This document shows, one piece after another, positions 22,671 to 34,250 of a stretch of DNA of 64,000 bases. The notes under the pieces were generated by a model, which worked only from the letters and a program-made list of their open reading frames with translations, made no database searches and had not been told where the DNA came from. The DNA comes from Narcine bancroftii (Eukaryota): NCBI RefSeq assembly GCF_036971445.1, contig NC_091477.1:32860001-32924000 (forward strand), written 5' to 3'. Each line of letters starts with the position of its first letter. Within the stretch, counting starts at the first letter, position 1. Position numbers and translations under genes: made by a program.

Positions 22671-23699
22671 GTAAAAATGTAGCACTTTCTTGCTTATAAA
22701 GTAGAAGAAATGTATCTGGATTCAAATATGTCATTTGTGATGTAGATTAAACTGCTCTGCAATGGCATCCACATTAAAGGATAAATTGACGATCAGTAAT
22801 CTAGTACTTTTGGTTGGAGCTACGTTGCGACCATTAACCTCAGTTATGGTAGGACTGAACTTGGATTGCAAAAAATATTTTTTGTTAATATTATTAGGTG
22901 ACTTTGAGATACTGAGACTATTTACAAAAATAGTACTGCCTTGTGTCATAATATCATTGACAAGTTTCAGTGCTGTGTTGGCGGCAGCTTTTTAAATTGC
23001 CAAAACACATTTACCCCAAATATGAAGTGATAAGACTATTCAAGCATGAATGAATTTCTAAATGTCTTTGCTAGATATTTATTTTTGGAATATTTAAAGA
23101 AATGCAGATTTGATCTTTTTACCAAAAAAAAAATGGTGATGCTTGCTGTGCATGGATTGCAAAAAAAAAAAAAAAAAAAAATCTCAATGGTCTGATTCCT
23201 GGGATTTTGAAACTGTTCTATCAGGAGAGATTGTGTTGACTCAGCCTCTATTCACTCTAGATTTAAATTAAACCAATTTTAACAAGGCTTGACAGGCTGA
23301 TTATATAAGAAAGAGATGTATTTCTAGACCTAAAAGGCTTCAAGGGAATTGAAGAGAAAGAAAAATAGCATTGAGATAATCGACTATGATAGTTTTGATT
23401 GGCAGGATAGGCTTTTTGTGGCCAATGGGCATCTTCAGGGTTCTTTTCCACATTTTGCATTTTTCAGTAGGGATGCAGCTAGTTATTTAAAATAGTTGCT
23501 ACTTATTTTTAATTTTTTTTTAAAGCTTGTAATATATTTTGCTAATTTCATGCAACTTGGATCAAATGATATAGCTTCCTGGACTGTTAATAATTGTGCA
23601 CCATCTGTACTAACTTAGCTTTGCAAACAAACTAGATATTCTCTTCATTGGCTCCTTTTGTATTTGTGTTTGTGGTGTGACTCTTGGACGAAAAAACAG

Positions 23700-23806
23700 A
23701 AATTCAAAGCACAGAGCATGGATCTAAGTAAAGAAGAAAAGCAGATCCCCTCCAATCAGTCGAGTCCCTGCGGTTCTCCACAGTCCTCGCCGATGCCAAA
23801 TCGCAG
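23700..23806 (+). CDS. KIAA1191: KIAA1191 coding exon 5
   Basis: KFKAQSMDLSKEEKQIPSNQSSPCGSPQSSPMPNR; phases 0 and 2 fit the neighbouring exons. Confidence 0.9.
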
Positions 23807-23879
23807 GTATAGAAAGTAGTTGTGGAAACTACAGCTTTAATCTACTTTTTTTTAAAAATTGCATGAAATGGTTTTGGAT

Positions 23880-26800
23880 GCTTGGTTTTAGAGTCGGATT
23901 CTGGCCCGAAGAACTCACCAGGCAACAAGAGTGGCGCGCCATACATCAATTCTGCAGGTGATGCCTGTAGATCCTCCTTGGGTGGTGTTCTGATGCCGAG
24001 AAGGACCCAGGGTAGTTCGTCTGCCCAGTCGGGACCTGTGAGGCGAGCCATGAGGGCTGTCTTTAGGTGGCAGTGAAATCTCTCCACCAGACCGTTTGCT
24101 TGTGGGTGGTAAGTCGTGGTGTGGTGGAGTTTAACCCTCAGTAGGTTCGCCAATTGAGTCCAGAGGGTAGAGGTGAACTGGGTGCCGCTGTTGCTGGTGA
24201 TGTGTGGTGGAACTCAAGTACAGTGCCTTCGACCAGGAGTTCCTGGCGCTGTACCTAGTGGGCGACCAAGTTCCAGGCACTCGTCTTGGCAGAAGCCTCC
24301 TTGATAGGGATGGTTTCCAGTCATCTTGTGGTCCGGTTGACCACTGTAAGCAGATAGTGCACCTCCCTGGACACCAGCAGGGGCCCCACGATGTCAACAT
24401 GTATGTGTTGGAACCTTTTGACTGCTGGGTCGAATTGCTGAATCGGGGCCTGCGTATGCCGGTGGACCTTGGAGACCTTGCACTGTGTGCAGCTCCTCGC
24501 CATCTCAGCTACCTCCTTGAGTCCATGCCACACGAACCACTCCGCCACCATTCGCACCAATGGGTGTGCTAGATCATGGACCAAGTTGAAGGCCTGCGAT
24601 CTCCACTGCGCCAGGCTACTGGGCACGGTGAAGGGTGGACACGTCGCAGAGCAGCATGTTCGGGCTGTTCAGCAACTGAATGTCCTGGAGGCAGAGCCCC
24701 GAAATGGTGGTATGGAGGGCTTGCGTCTCCACGTCTTCCCTCTGCACCAGTTGGGTGTAGTTGAGGCTGGGGGCAAGGGTGTTGATTGCCGGTCGGGAAA
24801 GCGCATCCTCCACGACGTTGTCTCTACCTGCCCTGTGCTGGATGTCGGTGGTGAACTCTGACAAATAGAAGAGATGGCATTGCTGGCAGCCTGACCATGG
24901 ATCCTTGGCCATCGCGATGGCCTGTGTGAGAGGCTTGTGGTCAGTGAATGACCTGCCCTCCAGGAAGTGCCAGATGGCTAGGTACAGCGCCAGGAGCTCC
25001 TGGTCAAAGGCACTGTACTTGAGCTCTGGCGGTTGAAGGTGCCTGCTAAAGAAGGCCAGCGGGTGCTACTGTCCGTCAAGCCACTGTTTGAGTACACACC
25101 CAATGGCCGTGCCTGAGGTGTCTACTGAGAGCAGTGTGTGCCTCCGGTCGTGCATGAATAAGGTGACATTGGCCTTTGTGGCCGTGAAAGTGCCCTCTGT
25201 CTCTTCAGACCAAACCAGGACTTTGTCTTTAGCGGTGATGCAGGTGATGCCAGGGATGAAACAATGATAAAAGTTCACCATACCTACGAATTCTTGCAGA
25301 CCCTTCACTTGGCCACTTTGACTGTAAGGCCGAATTCCGCCAGGTGGGCATACAAGGTGCGGAGATGGGCCATGTGCTCCTCGTGGTTGCGACTGGCGAT
25401 CAGGATGTCATCGATGTATATAAACACAAAAGTCCAGGTCCCTGCCCACTGTGTCCATGAGGCGCTGAAAAGTCTGGGCCCAGTTTTTAAGTCCGCAAGA
25501 ATTCGAACAGGCCGAATGGGATGATGATCGCTGTCTTACCAATGTCTTCGGGGTTGACTGGGATTTGATGATAGCCCCGAACCAGGTCAACTTTCGAGAA
25601 GACCTGGGCGCCATGGAGTTTGGGTGTAAAGTCCTGGATGTGAGAGATTGGGTACCTGTCCAGCATAGTGGCATCGTTCAGGCGCTGATAATCCCAGCAG
25701 GGTTGCCAGCCACTGGAAGATTTGGGGACCTTGTGAAGAAGGGATGCCCAGGGTCTGTCAGAGGGGCGGACAATACCCAACCGCATCCGTGGCATTGAGG
25801 CGGACTGAGTGGAGTGTGCGGGTATTAACTAGTCTGCCCTTCACGTCTACCAGCAGGCCATGTGCCTTGAGAAAGTCGGCCTCCAAGAACGCGGAACCAG
25901 CTCAAACTTCCAGCGGAATTTATCGTTCCCGATCTGGATCTGCGCCCTGCGGGTGCCGAAATGATGGTGGAACAGTTGGTTGTCTGCAGGGTGGGAACAA
26001 GAGGTCGGGGGTAAGACGCTCAGTTCCGCTCCAGTGTCCACAAGGACACACCGGCCAGTGGACTTATCAGTCATGTGCAGGAGGCTGTTCGTGTGGCCAG
26101 CCACCGCAGCCATCAACATTTCCCTGGTAGGTACAGGGTTGCCTGCACTTGAGAGCTTGTGCCCTCCAGCGTTGATGATAGAAGCACCAAGTGGGGTGGT
26201 GCTCCTCTGGCTTGTGCGGGGAGGGAGGGATGGGTGCTGTGACCAGATGGCTCCTGGACGGGTAACCTGGCTGAGGGCAGCTTTGTTCTTTCTCTTGGTG
26301 CGCCAGAAGGTGTCCGCTCGGGCCACGACTCGACGTGGGTCACTGAAATCTTCGTCCGCCAGCAGAAGCTGAATGTCCTCAGGCGTCTGCTCCATGAAGA
26401 TCTGGTGGAATAAGAAGCTGAGCTTGTGATCTTCCGCCAGCACCAGCATCTCGTCCATCAGGGCCGATGGCGTTTGGTCTGCCAGCCCGTCCAGATGCAG
26501 GAAACTGGAGGCCCGCTGTTGTGGGGAGAGACCGAAGGTGCCCAGCAGGGTATTTACTCTCAACTGGTGGATTGTGGATGAGACCGTCCACCCTGGCTGC
26601 CGTCTCCTTGTCTAGCACACTCACGATATGGTAAAACATCGTGGCGTTTTCCGAAATGTTCCTGAGGCAAAACTGCACCTCCGCCTGCCTGAAACACGTA
26701 CGCGGGCAATGGGTCCTAATGTGGGGCAGCTTCAGTTGATTTCGGCTGGATCCATGTTGGGAGACCAGAAAAAATGTCTGGCCTCGTCAGGGTCACCAAT

Positions 26801-27047
26801 GTAGCACAGCTACGGCAAAGAGACTCTCTGCCACCATCTTGGATGCTCTCAATGACTGTTTTATTCAAATCCCGTGCGTGCCCCTTTAAGGGCAGCGTGA
26901 GTGGTGATGTCATAACGACTGCCTGAGGTGCGCGCTGGGCTGGAACCACAAGGCAAGAACCCCACAACGGCGCCATCTTCTCTTGGCTGCCCTGCCACGC
27001 GGCGGTACAAGCGGGCCTGGTTCGCCACGAGGGAGTGCGCTGCTACA
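23880..27047 (-). mobile_element. CsRn1-like Gypsy LTR retrotransposon: 5' LTR, PBS, decayed gag-pol; 3' end truncated
   Basis: LTR 26800-27047 bounded by TGTAGCA/TGCTACA; PBS TGGTGACCCTGACG (26785-26798, 13/14 to tRNA-Trp 3' end); protease LVDTGAELSV; RT FSKVDLVRGYHQIP/PFGLFEF; RNase H; integrase TTTYHPQANGLVERFH. Confidence 0.92.
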
Positions 27048-28497
27048 CCAGATACATAACTATTTAATGTTCCAGGGTAGGATTATTTAAGATTTTATGG
27101 CCTAGAAATTCTATTGTTGAGTTCAAGGTTTAAAAAGATATTTTAAGATGTATATTGAGGCATTTTATGGAAAATCATAACCAAATCTTTTTATTAGACA
27201 CATTTATACATGAGGAATGTTGGTAACTGCAGATGTGGTTTGACACTTATTTTGGTGTCCAGTGTAAAATTCTACCATGAATTGTACAAGCCTTTGTTCC
27301 ATCATTAGACAAGTAACAATTAAAATTCAAGACTTTTTTAAAACAATATATTTATAATGACTATTAATAATATATCAACTTGAGTCTAAACTTCACCCCA
27401 ACTATGCGCAAATTTGTGTGTGTGGATTGCCCAAGCCTTTACAGCTTGGGCACAATTCTGAAAAGTCTATTCAAAATTCAATCTCGGAAATCCTGTGCTA
27501 AAACTCAGAACTAATGTTCAGAAGTAATTATGAAGTAGGTGAAACAATGAGTGATCAGACTTCTCAAAACTCATGAATCGTCGTTGAGTTGCTTCCAGAG
27601 AAATGTTCTTTCATATGAATGATGGTCACAATTCACCTCTCCTTTGTATAGAGGAAACAAAGCTTGTGACTTCCACGATGCTTCCATGAACCCAGGCAGG
27701 GGGTTAGACAAAATGACTATCAAAATGGACACAATCCAAATACAGGAATAATGATCCTGTTTCCCACCCAGTTATGGGGAAATCAAAAATGACCATTACA
27801 ATGGTCACGGTTTTCCCCTGACAAGGAGAAACAGAAGTGTCAATCTTACACCAAATTACTTGATTTGTCTTGCAGATCACTGGTTACTTATTAAATCAAC
27901 CTTGCTTCAAGTGTCTCAATTACATGACTTGCTTGATCAATATTGAAATCTGTTTTCAGTTTCAATTTCCTAAAACATGAGTCATAATCGTTACCTGTAA
28001 ATGTCTTATCTGGTCTTCCTCACCACTCTCTTCAAGGGTCCTGGAATAACAACCATTGTTCTTTTGTTCTTAATTTGTTGTTAATTTGGATCTAATGGTT
28101 CCATGCTGTCTGAGAGCACAAACTGTGGATGGTTTTGCTGTGGAAGACTTGCAACCTGTTAACTGTTAGTGTGGATGCTAAATGAAATGTGTGTTTGTAA
28201 TACGTTGAACAATGAATTAAGTCCTAAACAGAGTTCAGGACTGTTTAGTATTATGTTAAATGAATCAACTCCTGGGTTTACCTGGGGCTAATTCCAATTA
28301 TTCTGAATCATTGGTCTTAAGCCAGATAGTGTTTATTTGGTAATGATTATCAACACAATCTCCAAATTCCATACTGTTCTGAAATCTCCAACAGGAAAAA
28401 CCTTTGTATACATGCACTTGGAAATGAATGCAAGAATACTGCCTATTCTTAATGGAGATGAAATATTTTTATTGCTTTTTCTGGTTGATGGTTTTAG

Positions 28498-28640
28498 GTC
28501 TTTGTTTAGCCATGGAGGATCTTCTGACTTGAGCAGTAAAAGTCTGGAAGGAGAATCTGCTATATTAGTTAGTGAAACAACTGCCATTGAAAAATGGAAA
28601 CCTTTTATGCGTTCACATAATTACAAAGGAATTGAACCAG
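28498..28640 (+). CDS. KIAA1191: KIAA1191 coding exon 6
   Basis: SLFSHGGSSDLSSKSLEGESAILVSETTAIEKWKPFMRSHNYKGIEP; TTTTAG/GTAGGA; phases 2 and 1 consistent. Confidence 0.88.
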
Positions 28641-29164
28641 GTAGGAAAAGGAAAAATATTTGTTAAGCACCGATTAAATCTTTGCATCAAGTATGGTTCA
28701 GTTGGTAGCATGATGCTTTTGAATTGTAACATATTGCTTTAAAATCCAATTATCATTAGATAAATTTCAATTAACAATCCTGTCCTGTGCTTCAGGTGAG
28801 GGTTGCAGGCATTGTAACAATAAAGAATAAGCATGTCGCTGAGCATTTGGAACTGCCATGGTATGGAGAGTGCTGAATTAAATGTTGATAAATATGATTA
28901 GTGTAGATGGGTGATGATTAACATGGATGTGGTGGACTGAAGGGCTTGTTTCCTGTATTTTTATTTTCTTTAACCTAATTCACATCTTGATCAGATTGAA
29001 AAAAGTTGTCTTAACATTGTCTTTTTTAAAAAAAAACTCCTTTTTTCAGTGTAATTTGTTAATTGTTCTAATCTGTTAAATTCTATTCTTTTAGAATATA
29101 GAACACTACAGCACAGTACAGGTCCTTTGGCCCTTGATGTTGTGCTGACTGCATATATTCCTTT

Positions 29165-30460
29165 TTCTTTCTTTGGCTTGGCTTCGTGGACGAAGATTTA
29201 TGGAGGGGGTAAAAAGTCCACGTCAGCTGCAGGCTCGTTTGTGGCTGACAAGTCCGATGCGGGACAGGCAGACACGATTGCAGCGGTTGCAGGGGAAAAT
29301 TGGTTGGTTGGAGTTGGGTGTTGGGTTTTTCCTCCTTTGCCTTTTGTCAGTGAGGTGGGCTCTGCGGTCTTCTTCAAAGGAGGTTGCTGCCCGCCAAACT
29401 GTGAGGCGCCAAGATGCACGGTTTGAGGCGTTATCAGCCCACTGGCGGTGGTCAATGTGGCAGGCACCAAGAGATTTCTTTAGGCAGTCCTTGTACCTTT
29501 TCTTTGGTGCACCTCTGTCACGGTGGCCAGTGGAGAGCTCGCCATATAACACGATCTTGGGAAGGCGATGGTCCTCCATTCTGGAGACGTGACCCATCCA
29601 GCGCAGCTGGATCTTCAGCAGCGTGGACTCGATGCTGTCGACCTCTGCCATCTCGAGTACTTCGACGTTAGGGATGTAAGCGCTCCAATGGATGTTGAGG
29701 ATGGAGCGGAGACAACGCTGGTGGAAGCATTCTAGGAGCCGTAGGTGGTGCCGGTAGAGGACCCATGATTCGGAGCCGAACAGGAGTGTGGGTATGACAA
29801 CGGCTCTGTATACGCTTATCTTTGTGAGGTTTTTCAGTTGGTTGTTTTTCCAGACTCTTTTGTGTAGTCTTCCAAAGGCGCTATTTGCCTTGGCGAGTCT
29901 GTTGTCTATCTCATTGTCGATCCTTGCATCTGATGAAATGGTGCAGCCGAGATAGGTAAACTGGTTGACCGTTTTGAGTTTTGTGTGCCCGATGGAGATG
30001 TGGGGGGGCTGGTAGTCATGGTGGGGAGCTGGCTGATGGAGGACCTCAGTTTACTTCAGGCTGACTTCCAGGCCAAACATTTTGGCAGTTTCCGCAAAGC
30101 AGGACGTCAAGCGCTGAAGAGCTGGCTCTGAATGGGCAACTAAAGCGGCATCGTCTGCAAAGAGTAGTTCACGGACAAGTTTCTCTTGTGTCTTGGTGTG
30201 AGCTTGCAGGCGCCTCATGATTGAAGAGACTGCCATCCGTGCGGTACCGGATGTAAACAGCGTCTTCATTGTTGGGGTCTTTCATGGCTTGGTTCAGCAT
30301 CATGCTGAAGAAGATTGAAAAGAGGGTTGGTGTTGAGTTCCTCAACATGATTATCCAACTGCTCGAAAACCAACAAGGTCGGGTCAGATACAGCAATGAG
30401 CTCTCTGAACCCTTCTCCATTAACAATGGCGTGAAGCAAGGCTGTGTTCTCGCACCAACC
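29165..30460 (-). mobile_element. Young RTE-clade (BovB-like) LINE, 5'-truncated with 5' inversion
   Basis: ELLFADDAAL RT motif; QLRWMGHVSRM..LPKIVLYGEL and C-terminal CNRC..H zinc finger; (GCCAA)/(GAAA) tail; 13-bp TSD CATATATTCCTTT at 29152-29164 and 30461-30473. Confidence 0.93.
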
Positions 30461-30473
30461 CATATATTCCTTT

Positions 30474-31140
30474 AAACTCTTTAAAAACTTACGAAACTCT
30501 CCCCACTTTGTAACCTTTTTTTTCCCATCAATGTGCCTGTCTGAGTCTTAAAAGTCTAATGTTTCAGCCTTGACCACCATCCCTGGCAAGACATTCCAGG
30601 CACCCACAAAAAAAAACCCTGGTCTTCCTAAGCTTCCCTTCCTCCACTTGGTACAGATGTCCCCTGGTATTCCTGCCTTGGGGGAAAAAGGTGCTAGCTG
30701 TCCACCCACTCTATACATCTCATAATCTTGTAGATCTCTATTAAGTCTCTTCTCATCCTTCACTCCAAAGACAAAAGTCCCAGCTCTGTGAATCTTTGCT
30801 TCATGACTTATTTTCCAATCCAGGCAACATCCTGGTAAATCTCCTCTGCACCCTCTCCAAAGCTTCCACATCCTTCCTATAAATGGTCACTAGAGATCTG
30901 TAGAGTTGCAACATGACCTCTTGACTCTTGAACTCAATCCCCCATTAATGAAGCCCAACATCCCATATGCCGCCTTAACTATCCTATCAACCTGTCCGGC
31001 AGCCTTGAGAGATGTATGGATTGGGACCCCATGGTCCCTATGTTCATCCACACTCTAACTAACCGACCATTAACCCTGTACTCAGCCTTCTAGTTTGTCC
31101 TTCCAAAATGCATCGCCTCACATTTATCTGGATTGATTTA
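30474..31140 (-). mobile_element. CR1 LINE 3' fragment (tail continues at about 29095-29151, split by the RTE insertion)
   Basis: Decayed VEALERVQRRFTRMLPGLE...LFSLE.RR.RRDLIEIYKIMR-like C-terminus. Confidence 0.75.
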
Positions 31141-31602
31141 GGAGACATTTAGGCAGACAAGGTGGAGAAAGAAGCATATGAGCTTAATGCAGGCAAATGA
31201 GATGTGTGTAAATGGACAAAAAGATCAACATGGATGTAGAGGGCAGAATGGTTTATTACTCGATAACACATTATAACTCTTTGTTAATGTCCCTGAAAGA
31301 GAGTCTGCCACTTCAATAGTAATGTATATTTGTTCAAATATCAAGGCACTTTCTGGTCAGTAAAAATAACTTGAGTGGTTCGTTCCTATGGTAATCAGAA
31401 CAGCCAAAGATGCAGCCTGACCTGCCAAGAATCTCCTGCTATCCATTTTATCTGAGAGGCCACATTTCTTTGATGGTGCAAGAGTGGGTATTGTGACATG
31501 CAAATGTTCAAACACTTGCGGAAGAAAAAAAGTGCACCCTATGTAAAATCACAGGAAGGAGAGGGATGTGAGAAGATTCATGACCACACTGGAGATAAAT
31601 GA

Positions 31603-31835
31603 GGGCAGCACAGTTAGCGTAGTGGTTAGCGCAATGCTATTACAACGCCAGCTGAATCTGGTGCTGTCTGTAAGGACTTTGTACGGTCTCCTAATGGGTG
31701 TTTCCTCTGGGTGCTCTGGTTTGCACCCACCCTTCAAAACATAGGGGGGGGGGGGTTGGAAGTTAATTGGTTGGCATAGGCTTGTAGACTGAAAGGGTGT
31801 GTTACCACATTCTGTCTAAATTAAAAACTTTAAAT
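31603..31835 (+). mobile_element. V-SINE (HE1-like)
   Basis: A-box-like GTTAGCGTAGTGGTTAGC head; V-domain GTTTCCTCTGGGTGCTCTGGTTT. Confidence 0.75.
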
Positions 31836-32269
31836 TTAAGGAATAGCTTGTGAGGATTGGCTGATGCTGAGAGAGATGGGCTGTGAAGATTGCTGACAAG
31901 GGAAAAACATTTCCGAAGGAGGTGGTGTTGTGAAGATTCTGTGACCCTGGTTGCATTAGTGTGAGGGAGAGTGTGAAGATTTACTGACACTGGAGGGGGA
32001 AGAGTAAAGATTCAATGCATAGGGAGAATCCTGGAAGGAGGATGTGGAAATGAAGTTTACGGGATACTGGGAGTGTGTCTCAGAGGGAGAAGGTGACATG
32101 AGGATTTAAGGAAGTAGAGTGAGATTTGCCACAGTGGGGATTCACTGATTGGGGAATAATCACAGAACACCCATTAGGACATTCCCACAGTCTATGTGAT
32201 TAATGCATGGAGTTTACTACTGGTTTGTGTGACTATATTAAACAGAAAAATCACTAAGCCTTAATATCC

Positions 32270-32770
32270 AAAGATGCATTTTTGGTCTTAAATTCTAAAT
32301 GCTCAACCATATTATTTTGAAGCTGTGACCTCATGTGAAACATCCTCTACCCTTCAAAACACTAAGAGTTTGTATAGTTTCAATAAGTTGACTTGTGCTT
32401 CTAAATTCTATTCAATATTGAGTTAGTCTGCTTAATCTTTCCTCATCGGACAACCCTATCTCGAGAACCTGTACACAATACTCTAGCTGTAATCTCACTA
32501 GCCCCGTAATACAATTCCAGTAAGCCATCTTGATATTTTAATTCTCTTAGAGTAAAAGCCACAGTACTGTTTGTGTTCCTAACGGCTTGATGCACCTCAA
32601 CAGTAATTTTCCGTTCTTTGTGTGCAAGGACACCCAGGACCCTCTGAACATGAACCCATTGTTTGCCAGTGGAGGTCTCTTCATCTTTCTGCCTTGTACC
32701 CCAATTGCAATACATTGTCCATTTACTTAGGCTATCTAAATTCTTATGAAGCCTTTGTATCATATTGATG
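32270..32770 (-). mobile_element. Old CR1-like fragment
   Basis: HVQRVLGVLAHKERKITVEVHQAVRNTNSTVAF resembles CR1 QRDLGVLVH..LK...QV.QAVKKAN. Confidence 0.6.
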
Positions 32771-33567
32771 ATCTAAGCTGCGAATTTGTTTTAATCAGCT
32801 ATATCCTGAAAGTTTCCATAGAACACAAATTACAGCATACTACAGACTCTTCAGCCCACAATGTTGTGGTGACTGATAGAAACCTCAACATGACACACAA
32901 CAATCTTTTTCTTGATGCATGCGCCTATCTAAGAGTCTTTTCAATGTCCTTAGCACTGCATTCCATGGGGATTGTCATAAATAATTTCCCTTTTATTAAT
33001 CCATCATGACTGACTTCTATTATTGTTTTCTAGGTTTAACTTGCTGTCATTTAGTGGAAAATTAGTTACAAAAAAGAAAATTAAACTATTTCAAAGAATT
33101 TTCTTTTCACAAGTTGTTCTCAAAATATCCCACTAAAGTAGCATTGTGGAGGAATGAGTTTTCTTATCACATTTTCTAGATTTTAACATCTCAACAAAAT
33201 TTTAGAATTGTAAAGCACAGAAACATTTGCTTTCACTCACCAAAAGCTGAATTTACCACCAAGTATCTGGCTACATAAATCCCACTTTATCCCATTTAAT
33301 AAAAAAAATTCTCCAACTTTCCCAGATTTCACCACTCATTTAAATGCTAAAGGCAGTTTATCGTGCCCAATTAACCTGCTGACCTTTGCTACTTCTCAGA
33401 GTTGCAATAGGAAACCAGTACATCAAGGAAACCTGTCACAGGAAGAAAATGCAAACTGTACACATTAAGCACTAGAGATTAATATTAAAATTGTTGGCAT
33501 TAATTTAACAGTTGTAGATTAATTACTAAGATTTGATGCTAACAAATTGGTTATTTTTTTAATGCAG

Positions 33568-33779
33568 GTAGCTCTGCGATTCAGAAGTACAAAGGCCTGC
33601 AAAAACCCTCGCCTATGGAGATCATGCGTACTCAGGGGAGCGTTGCTAAAATTGCAGATCATGCAAATCTAAACCCACCCAAAATGGAGCTAACCATACT
33701 GGAAAGACAAAAACGCCCTGTTCGTAGTCATCACATAGAGCCCAGAGATCTAAATGCTTTTGCTCCAACTGGATTTTAA
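33568..33779 (+). CDS. KIAA1191: KIAA1191 last coding exon (total CDS 927 nt, 308 aa)
   Basis: SSAIQKYKGLQKPSPMEIMRTQ...NPPKMELTILERQKRPVRSHHIEPRDLNAFAPTGF-TAA; conserved PRDLN..PTGF end. Confidence 0.95.
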
Positions 33780-34244
33780 TATAAACTGTAGTTAAGAAGC
33801 ATCAAATGTGTATGCCCTGTACTCAAATGAATTTTGACATAACTGCTCATGAGATTCATTTTGTTATATCTGACTACAACTACACAAATTTTATTTTTAA
33901 ACTGCTAGAAGAGATTTGGAAGGAAAATGAATATGGATTCTATTGTTGACTTAAAACCAGTATGAAGAACTAGAAATCCACAAATGCTTATTTGCACCAA
34001 CAAGAATGTATTGAAAATTTCTTAAATATTTCCAGTTTTCATCTGAATGAGATGAAGTTAATGAACTCTCAAACCCTCAATTGTGATGGAGTATCCACTG
34101 AGGTTTTTGTTATTTACCTTACCAGTTAGTAAATTAAAAATGTGTGACAAAATAATGCACTTCAGTCTGTGATGTCAAGAGAGAGCAACTAATAGGATAA
34201 ACATCACCTAGTAAGTTGCATGTGCTTCTCTGTATCTAATGTTA

Positions 34245-34250
34245 AATAAA
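34245..34250 (+). terminator. Likely KIAA1191 polyadenylation signal
   Basis: AATAAA about 470 nt after the stop. Confidence 0.5.

Noticed and set aside
31603-31660. tRNA-like A-box sequence
   Set aside because: Head of a SINE, with no cloverleaf; not a tRNA gene
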